In this document: in pieces, positions 35,629 through 47,174 of the stretch
Layout of the letters: each line of letters begins with the position of its first letter
Position numbering within the stretch: the stretch's first letter is position 1
Assembly: GCA_030648615.1 (NCBI GenBank)
Contig: JAUSHJ010000040.1
Span: 6,769-70,768 of the forward strand
DNA from: Candidatus Micrarchaeota archaeon
Lineage (GTDB): Archaea; Micrarchaeota; Micrarchaeia; Anstonellales; Bilamarchaeaceae
Length of the DNA: 64,000 nucleotides
Direction: 5' to 3'
Position numbers and translations under genes: made by a program
Notes under the pieces: model-generated
What the model was told of the DNA's origin: nothing
Seen by the model: the letters and a program-made list of their open reading frames with translations, nothing else
Databases searched by the model: none

Positions 35629-36522
35629 ATGAAATTAATATCTATCATTTTTACATTACTTCTTTTTGGTACATTGTGTTTCGCAGTTGAAACTGTTCCA
35701 AGTAATAGTCTAAAAGCAAATATCTTCGAAATGCAGTATGAAAAAGTTGCTTGCAGAGCCGATTTCTATACTGCAACATTAGATTCCGTTCAGAACTCTG
35801 GATTGAATGTAAGCGTAGATCAGCTAAAATCATTAATTGATATGCACAAGGAAGCATTGAAAGTTGCGGCAGATAATGAAGATAGCAGAGCATTCAACGA
35901 TGCACTAAAATTATTACAAGATGATTCAAAGCAACTCATTATTACGTATGCTAATCTCAAAAATGTTATTCCACGGGGTGTTGCTGGTAAGGAAATAAAG
36001 ACAAAATTAAAACAAGATTTTAATAGTAACATGGATACTAGAAATAGTTGTATTAAGGATACTAGTATTGTTCTAGGTAAAGTCCAGTTGGAATATGTAA
36101 AAAACTGGAAAGAAAGTGCTGAAACTACAGTTGAAAACTTAAAGGCTAAGGGGGTAGACACTTCGAAAATGGAAGAAATTATTTCAGATCTTCAACTAAA
36201 AATAGATACTATGGATGATGTGTTGGCAACTGATGATGTCAATCAAATAGAAATTGCAAGAAAAAACATTCGTGAAGAACATTTGCACATATGGGCAAGA
36301 TTCCAAATAGCTAGAGTAGATGCTTTACTTGGTGCAATCGAATCAAAAGCAACTGAAAAAGGTTTGACGGTACAAGTTCAAGAGATAAGAACATTGCTTT
36401 CAGATGCTGATAGTAAAGTTACCGTTGGAAAAGCCTATGATGAAGGCGAATTTCAGCAGGTACAGGAAACTCTAAAGCAAGCAGTGACGAAGCTACGATC
36501 ATTATTTAAGAGCGTTAATTAA
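35629..36522 (+). CDS. secreted helical hypothetical protein
   Basis: Signal peptide; coiled-coil-like composition. Confidence 0.75.
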   Translation: MKLISIIFTLLLFGTLCFAVETVPSNSLKANIFEMQYEKVACRADFYTATLDSVQNSGLNVSVDQLKSLIDMHKEALKVAADNEDSRAFNDALKLLQDDSKQLIITYANLKNVIPRGVAGKEIKTKLKQDFNSNMDTRNSCIKDTSIVLGKVQLEYVKNWKESAETTVENLKAKGVDTSKMEEIISDLQLKIDTMDDVLATDDVNQIEIARKNIREEHLHIWARFQIARVDALLGAIESKATEKGLTVQVQEIRTLLSDADSKVTVGKAYDEGEFQQVQETLKQAVTKLRSLFKSVN

Positions 36523-36609
36523 GCGTCTAAAAACGTTCATTTTTAAAGTCCTCCATGCAATATATTTATAGCTTATTTTAGAGAAATTTACTGACGACAA
36601 ATGATTTAA

Positions 36610-38535
<1,926 letters not shown>

Positions 38536-38556
38536 AAATAATCCTCAGGTGAATTA

Positions 38557-39180
38557 ATGCAAATTTTAATTGTTCATGGTTTGGATAGCGATAGCAAAGA
38601 TAATTGGTTTCCTTGGTTGAAAGCACAGCTAGAGGGTAGAGGTTCTTTGCAAGTCTGTTCGTCTACAGGACAAATCGCTCGATCAGAGATCTCGGTCGCT
38701 TCGCGACAGCCGTTCACTGTAGAATGTCCGGACATGCCTAATTCTAAGAATCCAAAACAGGAAGAATGGTTAGCTAAATTATCCGAGGTTACCATGAATT
38801 GCAAAGATTCTTTTATATTAGTTGGACATAGTCTGGGTACAATCGCAGTATTGCGTTTCTTGGAAAAGACGAATTTAAAACTAATGGGTGTAATTCTAGT
38901 TGCTGGGTTTACTCAAGGTTTTGGAGTTAAGGCAATTTCAGATTTTTTTAAAACTCCTTTTGATTTTGAAAAAATAAGGACAAAAAGTAAAAAATTTATC
39001 GTAATATCGAGCGACAATGATCCATATCTGCCAATCACTGAAGGTAAAAAGCTTGCAGACAAATTAAATGCAGAATTCATTGTGGAAAAAAATGCCGGAC
39101 ATATTGATAGTGAAAGCGGATTTTCAAAATATGAGCGCATACTAGATATAATAATAAAGTTGAAAATGGAGCTGAAATAA
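38557..39180 (+). CDS. YdeN/RBBP9-like alpha/beta hydrolase with ~23-aa insertion
   Basis: VHG, WFPWL, GHSLG, SDNDP, AGH; extra segment SLQVCSS...SRQP. Confidence 0.85.
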   Translation: MQILIVHGLDSDSKDNWFPWLKAQLEGRGSLQVCSSTGQIARSEISVASRQPFTVECPDMPNSKNPKQEEWLAKLSEVTMNCKDSFILVGHSLGTIAVLRFLEKTNLKLMGVILVAGFTQGFGVKAISDFFKTPFDFEKIRTKSKKFIVISSDNDPYLPITEGKKLADKLNAEFIVEKNAGHIDSESGFSKYERILDIIIKLKMELK

Positions 39181-40065
39181 ATGGCACAACGACAAGCATT
39201 GGTATGGCCCCCCGTTTATGGTGCTGCAAATCGGAGAATAAAAGGTTTCTATCCATCGGTTGTTCTGAGGGACGGGATAGTACCTTTATTAGATAATATA
39301 GAACTTCAAAAAGCAAACTCTCAAGCTACACGTATTTCTATAAGAGCGATAGTTCCAAAATCAGTTCTAGGAGAAATAAGAGAATTCGTGGCTGTTGCAG
39401 GTGTAAATATAGAAGCAATATTTCCAATAAATCATGTTCTATCGGATTGTTTTGTTGTTTATTTTAGTTTTAATAAACCAGAACGGGTTGCACACATGTA
39501 TCAATCAACCGATAGCACAACAACAATTACTCAAATTCCTACGGAAGAATTAGAAAGAAGAACAAGTGACTATCGCATAGTACGTTTAACTGATATGACT
39601 ATTAAAATTTCAGAACAAATTGCAGAATTATTTTTATCTATGTTTAGTAGTTATCCAGTTGATATTAGTGCATCTGCAATCAGACGAATGCCGGAAGATC
39701 ATATTGTAATGGCAGCCTATGGTGGCAAAGAATTAGTTTCAGTATTTATGGCAGACATAGCACAATGTTTTTTAGATAGAAGCGTTTCATTAAATTTTTT
39801 TGATTTTGTAAATGTAGTAAGCGTAACAGATGGTCTTTTGTTAGTGCCATTAATGGCTCGCAGAGTTATCGATATCACTAAAACTTACGTTAATCCAATA
39901 ATTTATGCAGAAGCAAGAGCAGATATTCCTGGTTTGCAAGTTTGTTGTGCCAGAGCTGGAATGATTAAATCAGGTACATTGGTTGCTAGTTCATTATTCA
40001 GAGATCATGGGGAAAAAGAAGCGGAATTTAGGGACACCGTTGTTTGGTATGTTCCACATACATGA
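39181..40065 (+). CDS. hypothetical GNAT-like protein
   Basis: FSSYP..I; IYAEARA...CARAGM..SGTL resemble AblB-type beta-lysine acetyltransferases; divergent. Confidence 0.45.
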   Translation: MAQRQALVWPPVYGAANRRIKGFYPSVVLRDGIVPLLDNIELQKANSQATRISIRAIVPKSVLGEIREFVAVAGVNIEAIFPINHVLSDCFVVYFSFNKPERVAHMYQSTDSTTTITQIPTEELERRTSDYRIVRLTDMTIKISEQIAELFLSMFSSYPVDISASAIRRMPEDHIVMAAYGGKELVSVFMADIAQCFLDRSVSLNFFDFVNVVSVTDGLLLVPLMARRVIDITKTYVNPIIYAEARADIPGLQVCCARAGMIKSGTLVASSLFRDHGEKEAEFRDTVVWYVPHT

Positions 40066-40116
40066 TTCACAATTAATCTATACTTATTTTTAAATTGTTG
40101 CCATATAAATATAATT

Positions 40117-40794
40117 ATGTCGAGAATGTGCAATGGTGCAAAAATGTTTGTAGATGGCATAATTCAAAATGCTACTTCTAGTATTATCAGCCATCCATTT
40201 CTAAAAAAATTTGCAAATGGAGAAATAAGAGATTCAGAAGTCATAAGAAGATGGGCACTTGCAAGATATTTGAGTTCATCTAAATTTCCAGAATTAGTAA
40301 AAAGTGCAATAGCGGTCTGTGGTGAGCAGGATAGTAAATTAACTAGAGTGCTTGAAAAGAATCTTAGAGACGAATTAAAACCCATGCCACACCCGGAAAT
40401 GTTTAGGAATTTTTTATTGTCTTTGGGAATTCAAAGAGAAGAATTCGAAGCATATCTTAGAATTAATAAGACCATTATATATCCGGCAAATATTATTACA
40501 ATTATGGGGACTAAACCTGAAACAATCGCAGCAGTCATGCTTGTAATCGAAGTTATGATAGGCATAGAGTGTACTGAAGTGGCAAGAGGCTTGCGTACTG
40601 TTTATGGCGAATCTTTGGACTTACTATTTTTTGATTTTCATGGTGTTCAGGATTTAAGTACTCATCTTAAGCCATTCCAAAGAATCGTTGTTGATTATGC
40701 AGTTGATGAAGTAAAAAGAAGAGAAATTGATTTAGTTGTGTCACCTACAATTGATTCAAAATTGTCATTCTATGATCAGTTCAGAGTCATATAA
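40117..40794 (+). CDS. heme-oxygenase-like (PqqC/CADD-type) iron-containing redox protein
   Basis: HPF, NLRDE..PH, VIE, FFDFHGVQDLSTH. Confidence 0.7.
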   Translation: MSRMCNGAKMFVDGIIQNATSSIISHPFLKKFANGEIRDSEVIRRWALARYLSSSKFPELVKSAIAVCGEQDSKLTRVLEKNLRDELKPMPHPEMFRNFLLSLGIQREEFEAYLRINKTIIYPANIITIMGTKPETIAAVMLVIEVMIGIECTEVARGLRTVYGESLDLLFFDFHGVQDLSTHLKPFQRIVVDYAVDEVKRREIDLVVSPTIDSKLSFYDQFRVI

Positions 40795-40890
40795 AAACAA
40801 TAGTATTTAAAGCATATTTTGACATTATAATTATACAAATTTTAAGAATATAATTTGACCATTTATTGATTATCTTACTGTGTGAAAATT

Positions 40891-43800
40891 ATGTCGGAAA
40901 TAATCATAGAAAGACCAATTGAAAAAGACCTTCAAGAAAGCTATCTAGCTTACGCAATGAGTGTTATTATTGGCAGGGCAATTCCTGATGTAAGGGATGG
41001 CCTAAAACCAGTACACAGGAGAATTTTATTTTCGATGCATGATCTAGGGAATCACCATAATAAACCCTATAAAAAGAGTGCAAGAATAGTGGGTGACACT
41101 TTAGGAAAATATCACCCGCACGGTGATCAAGCTATATATGATTCACTTGTAAGAATGGCACAATCGTTTTCGTTACGATATATGCTAGTTGACGGTCAGG
41201 GAAATTTCGGATGTTTTACAAAAGATACTAAAGTTGCGTTGACAGATGGAAGAAGTTTGTCATTTGAAGAGTTAATTAAAGAATACAAAGAAGGAAAAAA
41301 GAATTATACATTTACAGTAGATCGAGATAATAAAATAAAAATAGCAGAGATAAAAAATCCAAGATTGACAAAAGAAAAAGCAGAATTAGTTAAAGTTATT
41401 CTTGATAATGGTGAAGAGATAAAATGTACTCCTAATCATAGATTTATGCTAAAAGACGGTACATATAAAGAAGCTAAGGATCTGGAATCTGGAAATTCTT
41501 TGATGCCATTATATTCTAGGTTATCAACAAAAGATGACGATCCAAATATCGTAGGATATAAAATGATTTATAACTCTTCTGAGGAAAAATGGGTATACGT
41601 CCATCATTTATCCGATGAATTTAATCTAGAAAATGGCGTCTATGCAAGAAGCGCTGGCAGAATCAGGCATCATATAAATTTTAATAAACTTAACAACAAT
41701 CCAGAAAATATCAAAAGAATGGACTGGAAAGAGCATTGGGTATTACATTACAACTTGACTTCTCAAAAACATATAAATGATCCAGAGTACAGGAGAAAAC
41801 TGGCAGAAGGAAGAAAACAATTTTGGAGTGTTGAAGAAAATAAGAAACTCCTATCAAAGAGAACTTCAAAGAGAAATAAGGAGAACTGGGAAAAACCATT
41901 ATATAGAGCTAAAATGTCTCAAAAACTTAGTGAAATAAATAAATTATATATTGAAAATCATCCAGAAAAAAGACAAGAATTTAGTGCTAGATTAACTAAC
42001 ACACTAAAAAGATTATGGCAGACAGAATCCTATAAATTAATAATGAAGGCAAATATTACGAAGGGAAATAAGAATCATACAACTAATAAAACTGGAAAAG
42101 TAAAATTTCTTAGAATATGTAAAGAAATTAGTACTAATAGGGAAATTATTTGTGAAAAAACTTACGAAAATATAAGAAATATTCTCTATCCTTACGGATC
42201 AGCTACAACCTGGACTACTGCTTTGAAAAAATATTTTAATAATGATCCTAATCTAGTGCTGCAGGAATTAAATAAAAATCATAAGGTTACCAAAGTAGAG
42301 AAATTAGGTTATTTGGAAGATGTTTATGATTTAACTATAGATATTACGCATAATTTTGCTTTAGCCTCAGGAATTTTCGTTCACAATTCAATAGACGGGG
42401 ATAATCCAGCTCACATGCGTTATACAGAGGTGAGAATGGCTCGTACAGCAGAAGAAATGCTTGAAGATATAGATAAAGAAACAATCGATTTCCTTCCTAA
42501 TTTTGATGGTACGTTGAAAGAGCCTACAGTACTCCCAAGTAAATTACCAAATTTACTTATAAACGGTACTTCTGGTATTGCTGTAGGTATGGCAACTAAT
42601 ATGCCGCCTCACAATCTCAATGAAATCGTTGATGCTACTGTTGCAGTGATTGATGGTGCAGATGAATTGGTAGTCTTGAATATTGTTAAAGCACCTGATT
42701 TTCCAACAGGCGGAGAAATTGTTGGTAAGGGCGGAGTGTACAATGCTTACAAAACCGGAAGAGGGACTATAAGATTGCGTGGAAAAGCAGAGATAGATGA
42801 GAAAAAACACATTATTCGTATTACAGAAATTCCATACCAGATTACGAAGACTTCAATAATAGAATCAATTGCAGAATCAGCCAAGGAAAAACGCATAGAA
42901 GGAATCCGTGGCATACATGATAGAAGCGATAAGGATGGGATCGAAGTTATCGTAGAACTTTCCAGAGATGCAAATCCAGAAGTCGTACTTAATCAATTAT
43001 ACGTTCACAGTCCGCTTGAAACTACTTTCGGTATTATTAATCTTGCAATTGTAGGAAAGGAGCCTAAAGTATTGTCTTTATTTAGCCTCATAAATGAATT
43101 TATAGGATTTAGAAAAGAGGTTATAACAAAGAGAACTAAATTTGAATTGAGAATTGCAGCAGAAAGGGCACACATATTGGAAGGATTGAGAATTGCTCTT
43201 GACAATATTGATGCAGTCGTAGCTTTTTTACGTGCTTCTAAGGATGTAGAATCTGCCAGAACTGGCATGATGGCTAACTATTCATTGAGCGAGAAGCAGG
43301 CTAATGCAATTCTAGATATGAAATTGCAGAAGTTAATTTCTTTAGAAAGAAAGAAGATTGATGATGAGTATGCAGAACTGAAGAAGACCATAGACTGGCT
43401 AAAGGAAATATTAGCAGATGTTGGCAAAGTAATGAAAATCATCAAAGATGAACTGCTTGAAATAAAACAAAAATACGGAGATGAAAGAAGAACTAAAATT
43501 CTTGATATCGATGGCGACATAGTCACAGAAGATCTTATACCTAATGATGATGTAGTTGTCGTAATCACCCAGCGTGGGTACATTAAACGAATGCTGCTTA
43601 ACGAATACAAATCTCAGCACAGAGGGGGCAAAGGAGTAATCGGTGCAGAAACAAAGGAAGAAGACTTTGTGCGAGATCTCATAGTTACAAAGAACAAGAA
43701 TTACATGCTATTCTTTACAGACAAAGGAAGAGTTTTCTGGCTTAAAGCATACCAGATACCAGAATCAGGAAGATATGCAACCGGAAAAACAATTGTTAGC

Positions 43801-44592
43801 ATGCTGGATCTCAAGGAGGAAAAAGTAAATTCCTGGATAACTGTTGATCAGTTCAACGAAAATGAGTTTTTAGTGATGGCTACCAAGAACGGAATATTAA
43901 AGCGAACTTCTCTTATGAATTTTAGTAATCCTAGAAAGAACGGTGTCATTGCAATTACTCTGAAGGAGAACGATCAGCTTGTCGATGTGATAAAAAGTAA
44001 TGGTAAGCAGGAAATGATACTTGCTACTCGTTTCGGTCAGGCTGTAAGATTTGATGAGAATGATGCAAGAGAACTTGGCAGAACAGGACAGGGTGTCATA
44101 GGTATTAGGTTGAAAGATGAAAATGACGCGGTCGTAGGAATTGCAGTATGCAATAAGCCCTCATTATTCACTATCACTGAAAATGGTTATGGGAAGAGGA
44201 CTCCTATAGAAGAATATCGTTTACAAGCAAGAGGCGGTTCTGGAGTAATAAATATGAAGACCGAGGGAAGAAACGGCAGCGTCATAGGTATAGCTGGGGT
44301 AGAAGAGAGTGATGAAATAATTGTCATTACCACTGGTGGTCAAGTTATAAGGACTTTCATAAAAGATATTTCAGTTATTGGTAGGAACACTCAGGGTGTC
44401 AGGATTATTCGTTTGGACGAAACCGCGAAAGAGAGGGTTGCGAATTTTGCAGTTGTGCATGCAGGAGCGGTAGTAGCTGTAGCGGATGGAATTAATGATG
44501 TAGAAGCTGGGGTCAATAAGATAGAGGATATAAAAAGCGAAACAGAAAATGAAAATAAAGAAGAAAATTTACCTAAAGAAGAAGGAAAATAA
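40891..44592 (+). CDS. gyrA: DNA gyrase subunit A, intein-containing
   Basis: DGLKPVHRR, YHPHGD, MRYTE, GyrA-box QHRGGKG, C-terminal beta-pinwheel. Confidence 0.98.
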   Translation: MSEIIIERPIEKDLQESYLAYAMSVIIGRAIPDVRDGLKPVHRRILFSMHDLGNHHNKPYKKSARIVGDTLGKYHPHGDQAIYDSLVRMAQSFSLRYMLVDGQGNFGCFTKDTKVALTDGRSLSFEELIKEYKEGKKNYTFTVDRDNKIKIAEIKNPRLTKEKAELVKVILDNGEEIKCTPNHRFMLKDGTYKEAKDLESGNSLMPLYSRLSTKDDDPNIVGYKMIYNSSEEKWVYVHHLSDEFNLENGVYARSAGRIRHHINFNKLNNNPENIKRMDWKEHWVLHYNLTSQKHINDPEYRRKLAEGRKQFWSVEENKKLLSKRTSKRNKENWEKPLYRAKMSQKLSEINKLYIENHPEKRQEFSARLTNTLKRLWQTESYKLIMKANITKGNKNHTTNKTGKVKFLRICKEISTNREIICEKTYENIRNILYPYGSATTWTTALKKYFNNDPNLVLQELNKNHKVTKVEKLGYLEDVYDLTIDITHNFALASGIFVHNSIDGDNPAHMRYTEVRMARTAEEMLEDIDKETIDFLPNFDGTLKEPTVLPSKLPNLLINGTSGIAVGMATNMPPHNLNEIVDATVAVIDGADELVVLNIVKAPDFPTGGEIVGKGGVYNAYKTGRGTIRLRGKAEIDEKKHIIRITEIPYQITKTSIIESIAESAKEKRIEGIRGIHDRSDKDGIEVIVELSRDANPEVVLNQLYVHSPLETTFGIINLAIVGKEPKVLSLFSLINEFIGFRKEVITKRTKFELRIAAERAHILEGLRIALDNIDAVVAFLRASKDVESARTGMMANYSLSEKQANAILDMKLQKLISLERKKIDDEYAELKKTIDWLKEILADVGKVMKIIKDELLEIKQKYGDERRTKILDIDGDIVTEDLIPNDDVVVVITQRGYIKRMLLNEYKSQHRGGKGVIGAETKEEDFVRDLIVTKNKNYMLFFTDKGRVFWLKAYQIPESGRYATGKTIVSMLDLKEEKVNSWITVDQFNENEFLVMATKNGILKRTSLMNFSNPRKNGVIAITLKENDQLVDVIKSNGKQEMILATRFGQAVRFDENDARELGRTGQGVIGIRLKDENDAVVGIAVCNKPSLFTITENGYGKRTPIEEYRLQARGGSGVINMKTEGRNGSVIGIAGVEESDEIIVITTGGQVIRTFIKDISVIGRNTQGVRIIRLDETAKERVANFAVVHAGAVVAVADGINDVEAGVNKIEDIKSETENENKEENLPKEEGK
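41212..42387 (+). mobile_element. Intein (392 aa) with HNH-type endonuclease in GyrA (GNFG|SIDG)
   Basis: CFTKDT, CTPNH, RHHINFNKLNNNPEN, HNFALASGIFVHN|S. Confidence 0.93.
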
Positions 44593-44597
44593 AGAGA

Positions 44598-44984
44598 TTA
44601 TTTGCAGTAAGGAATAATTTTTTCATCAAATAATGACAAATCTCCTACAACTTTAAAAGTAATTTTTACGTTTTTCTTTAATGGATCTTCCTTTAAACCA
44701 TCTAAAGCTATTTTTTGTCCATTTATTGCAAAATCAGAATTAGTAGCCATTGTCACTTTTTTACCATCTTTTTCAGTGATTATAATCCTATTGCTATGAT
44801 TATCTTTGCAAATATCTTCTGATAACAATTCTTGCAATGCGGCTTTCCTTGCTGGTCTTAATTGCTCGGCTTCTATCTTTGCATTTGTGAATTCTCTATT
44901 CAATTTTATGGATCCCCAGACAATTCCAATGGTACATAGGGCGCTTATTCCGATTACAATTTTTTGTTTTGTAGTTATTGCCAT
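44598..44984 (-). CDS. hypothetical membrane-anchored protein
   Basis: N-terminal TM segment; GGTGA RBS. Confidence 0.65.
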   Translation of the reverse strand: MAITTKQKIVIGISALCTIGIVWGSIKLNREFTNAKIEAEQLRPARKAALQELLSEDICKDNHSNRIIITEKDGKKVTMATNSDFAINGQKIALDGLKEDPLKKNVKITFKVVGDLSLFDEKIIPYCK

Positions 44985-45059
44985 AAATTCACCTTAATAA
45001 TATTAATATTTAAATCTATATATTTCACCAGTTTATGTCTGGTGGTTTTTGACATATTT

Positions 45060-45322
45060 TCATGTGTCAATTCGGCACGGAAACTCATGGTTTGACGCGT
45101 AACGCCGCGTCAAATATTGACACGATACGTCGTGTCAATGGATTGTCAATACTTTGTTGACAAATAGTGTCACGAATTGTCGTGACACTGGTTTTAACCT
45201 TGGGAGGAAGTGCCGAATTTACACAACTTTGCCCTCCCAATTGTTCGACGCTTCGAACAATGGGCATATTGTTGCTTATAGCAACAATCTTGTAGGCTGT
45301 GGTGGCCGAATGGGCAAATCAT
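45060..45322. mobile_element. MITE/PATE-like dispersed element, copy carrying hairpin-module insertions
   Basis: Colinear with 51745-51874 plus a 101-bp four-hairpin insert between TGGTTT repeats and a two-hairpin replacement. Confidence 0.75.
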
Positions 45323-45327
45323 CTAGA

Positions 45328-45771
45328 TTATTGCGTTTCCAAAAGTCGGACAAAATTTATTCCATCTGGGATGTAACACGATCTGAAAACACCACCTTTA
45401 TAAGAATAAACAAGAGCTGAACCTCTTGCCCAGTCATACATCAATTTCTCGTACATTTCTGCCTGTTGAGGGTCTACCCTTACAAATACATTTGTTCCAG
45501 AACCATTCCATGTAAGTGGAACTATATTTCCATCAGCAATAGCTCCATATATTTTCAATGGAAGTGGCCCTCTTTGCACAGAAAAACTTACACAATCTGC
45601 CAAGGGTGCGGGTAATTTCGGATGATCATTTATTATTGCCCGTATGCCTTTTTTAACCTCTAGAACTATCGGGCCTTCCAGCATTGTAGGAGTTGCACGC
45701 ATTTCTTTTGGCACATGCCTTTCTGCTGCTCTCATTGCTACTATTGTTGGTTTGTGATCATGAAGCTTCAT
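45328..45771 (-). CDS. hypothetical protein
   Basis: 147-aa ORF. Confidence 0.55.
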   Translation of the reverse strand: MKLHDHKPTIVAMRAAERHVPKEMRATPTMLEGPIVLEVKKGIRAIINDHPKLPAPLADCVSFSVQRGPLPLKIYGAIADGNIVPLTWNGSGTNVFVRVDPQQAEMYEKLMYDWARGSALVYSYKGGVFRSCYIPDGINFVRLLETQ

Positions 45772-45852
45772 AAGTAAGTTAATTATTAGTAGATTTTTTA
45801 AAGTTAACTTAAATCAGAACTTTCAACCACATTATAACTAGATTGTTGAAAA

Positions 45853-46380
45853 TTATTCCCTACACTTGAACTTCTTGGTAGGTGTATACACCGGACCCTT
45901 GGGTTTCACATCGCTTCTGTAAAGATAAAAGCTATCACATTGGAACTTTCCAATTCCATCGTGCTTGTGCTTATCAAGAAACGGGAGAATTTCTATTTTC
46001 TCCCTGACTTTTGCAAGTGTTACATGCGAGGCAAATTCCTCTCGTTCAAACATGCCAGCTAATGCATCTTCTACTTGCTTATTCAATATGGCTAATTTTT
46101 CGCCTTCACAACCAATCCAAATTACGCGTACATACTTTTCATTTGGAAATACGCCTATGGATTTAACCGAAATTTCAAATCTATCAAACTGAATTGATTT
46201 TAGCCTTGATTTAATTTCCTCTATCTTATCATCATTTATATTACCTAAAAATTTCAAAGTTATGTGGAGTGCATTCCCTTCCACTAACTTCATGCCTTCT
46301 TCAGGCAGCGCTTTTTGTAATATAGAAATCTTTGCCTTAAGTTCTTCCGGAATATCTATTGCTATGAATAATCTTTGCAT
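45853..46380 (-). CDS. thpR: RNA 2',3'-cyclic phosphodiesterase (2H family)
   Basis: RLFIAID, HITL, HVTL. Confidence 0.93.
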   Translation of the reverse strand: MQRLFIAIDIPEELKAKISILQKALPEEGMKLVEGNALHITLKFLGNINDDKIEEIKSRLKSIQFDRFEISVKSIGVFPNEKYVRVIWIGCEGEKLAILNKQVEDALAGMFEREEFASHVTLAKVREKIEILPFLDKHKHDGIGKFQCDSFYLYRSDVKPKGPVYTPTKKFKCRE

Positions 46381-46384
46381 ATAA

Positions 46385-47170
46385 TCACACTCTTGAATTA
46401 ATCAGGTAAATAATATAAGCAAGTACCCATGTTGGTAATAGTGAAATTATCGTTCCAAGGTAGAGGCCAAATATCGGATAAGAGAAATAAACTGCCAACG
46501 CATAAAAGACAAAAACCACATAAGGTGGAATAAGACTACGTGCAAATGCCACAGCTTTTTCAATTCCATGGTCTTTCTGGAGTATGAAAAAGGATGAAGA
46601 AAATGCTGCCGGAAACATGGTAAATACTCCGCCCCAGACTGGGCCAAATAGTTTTCCTAGTAAAACTGCCATGGAAATTACAAATCCAGCTAGAATTGCT
46701 CTATATATAAAAAGTTTCATGGATTGTTTTACTTTGTCCAATTCAATCTTGGCATTTTTCTTTTTAAAAAGAACATTTATTATTAAATAAACTAAAAAGA
46801 AAATTAGAATTGGTATTTGCAAATCATTATCTCTATATTGAATTATAAAAAATGCAAGAAATGCCCATACTAAAAGAGAAAACCATAGCGTGTTTTTCTT
46901 TAGTTTTTCTGAGAATTGAATAAATATCCCAACAAAAATTAATGTTGCAGATAGGCTTAGCAAGGCAGGTGGTATAGTCTGCAATACAAATTCCACGGAG
47001 TTTGTAATTCCCATGAATAAAAATGATACCAAGGATGTAGTGGGTGTTGAAAGTAATGCTGTGCCAAATTTAACTCCGAAACGTTCAGCTAAATATAATG
47101 AAAGTGCAACCACTAGGCCACCGAATATGAAAGATAGGACTAACTGGAATAGAAATAATTCACTCAACAT
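46385..47170 (-). CDS. multi-pass membrane protein (DUF3147-like, internal duplication)
   Basis: Two AE/GK-x-FG..GG..P repeats. Confidence 0.65.
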   Translation of the reverse strand: MLSELFLFQLVLSFIFGGLVVALSLYLAERFGVKFGTALLSTPTTSLVSFLFMGITNSVEFVLQTIPPALLSLSATLIFVGIFIQFSEKLKKNTLWFSLLVWAFLAFFIIQYRDNDLQIPILIFFLVYLIINVLFKKKNAKIELDKVKQSMKLFIYRAILAGFVISMAVLLGKLFGPVWGGVFTMFPAAFSSSFFILQKDHGIEKAVAFARSLIPPYVVFVFYALAVYFSYPIFGLYLGTIISLLPTWVLAYIIYLINSRV

Positions 47171-47174
47171 CAGA

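Noticed and set aside
45085-45420. ORFs 45085-45267 and 45154-45420 (and similar 51669-51962)
   Set aside because: Their shared peptide arises from the non-coding repeat element.
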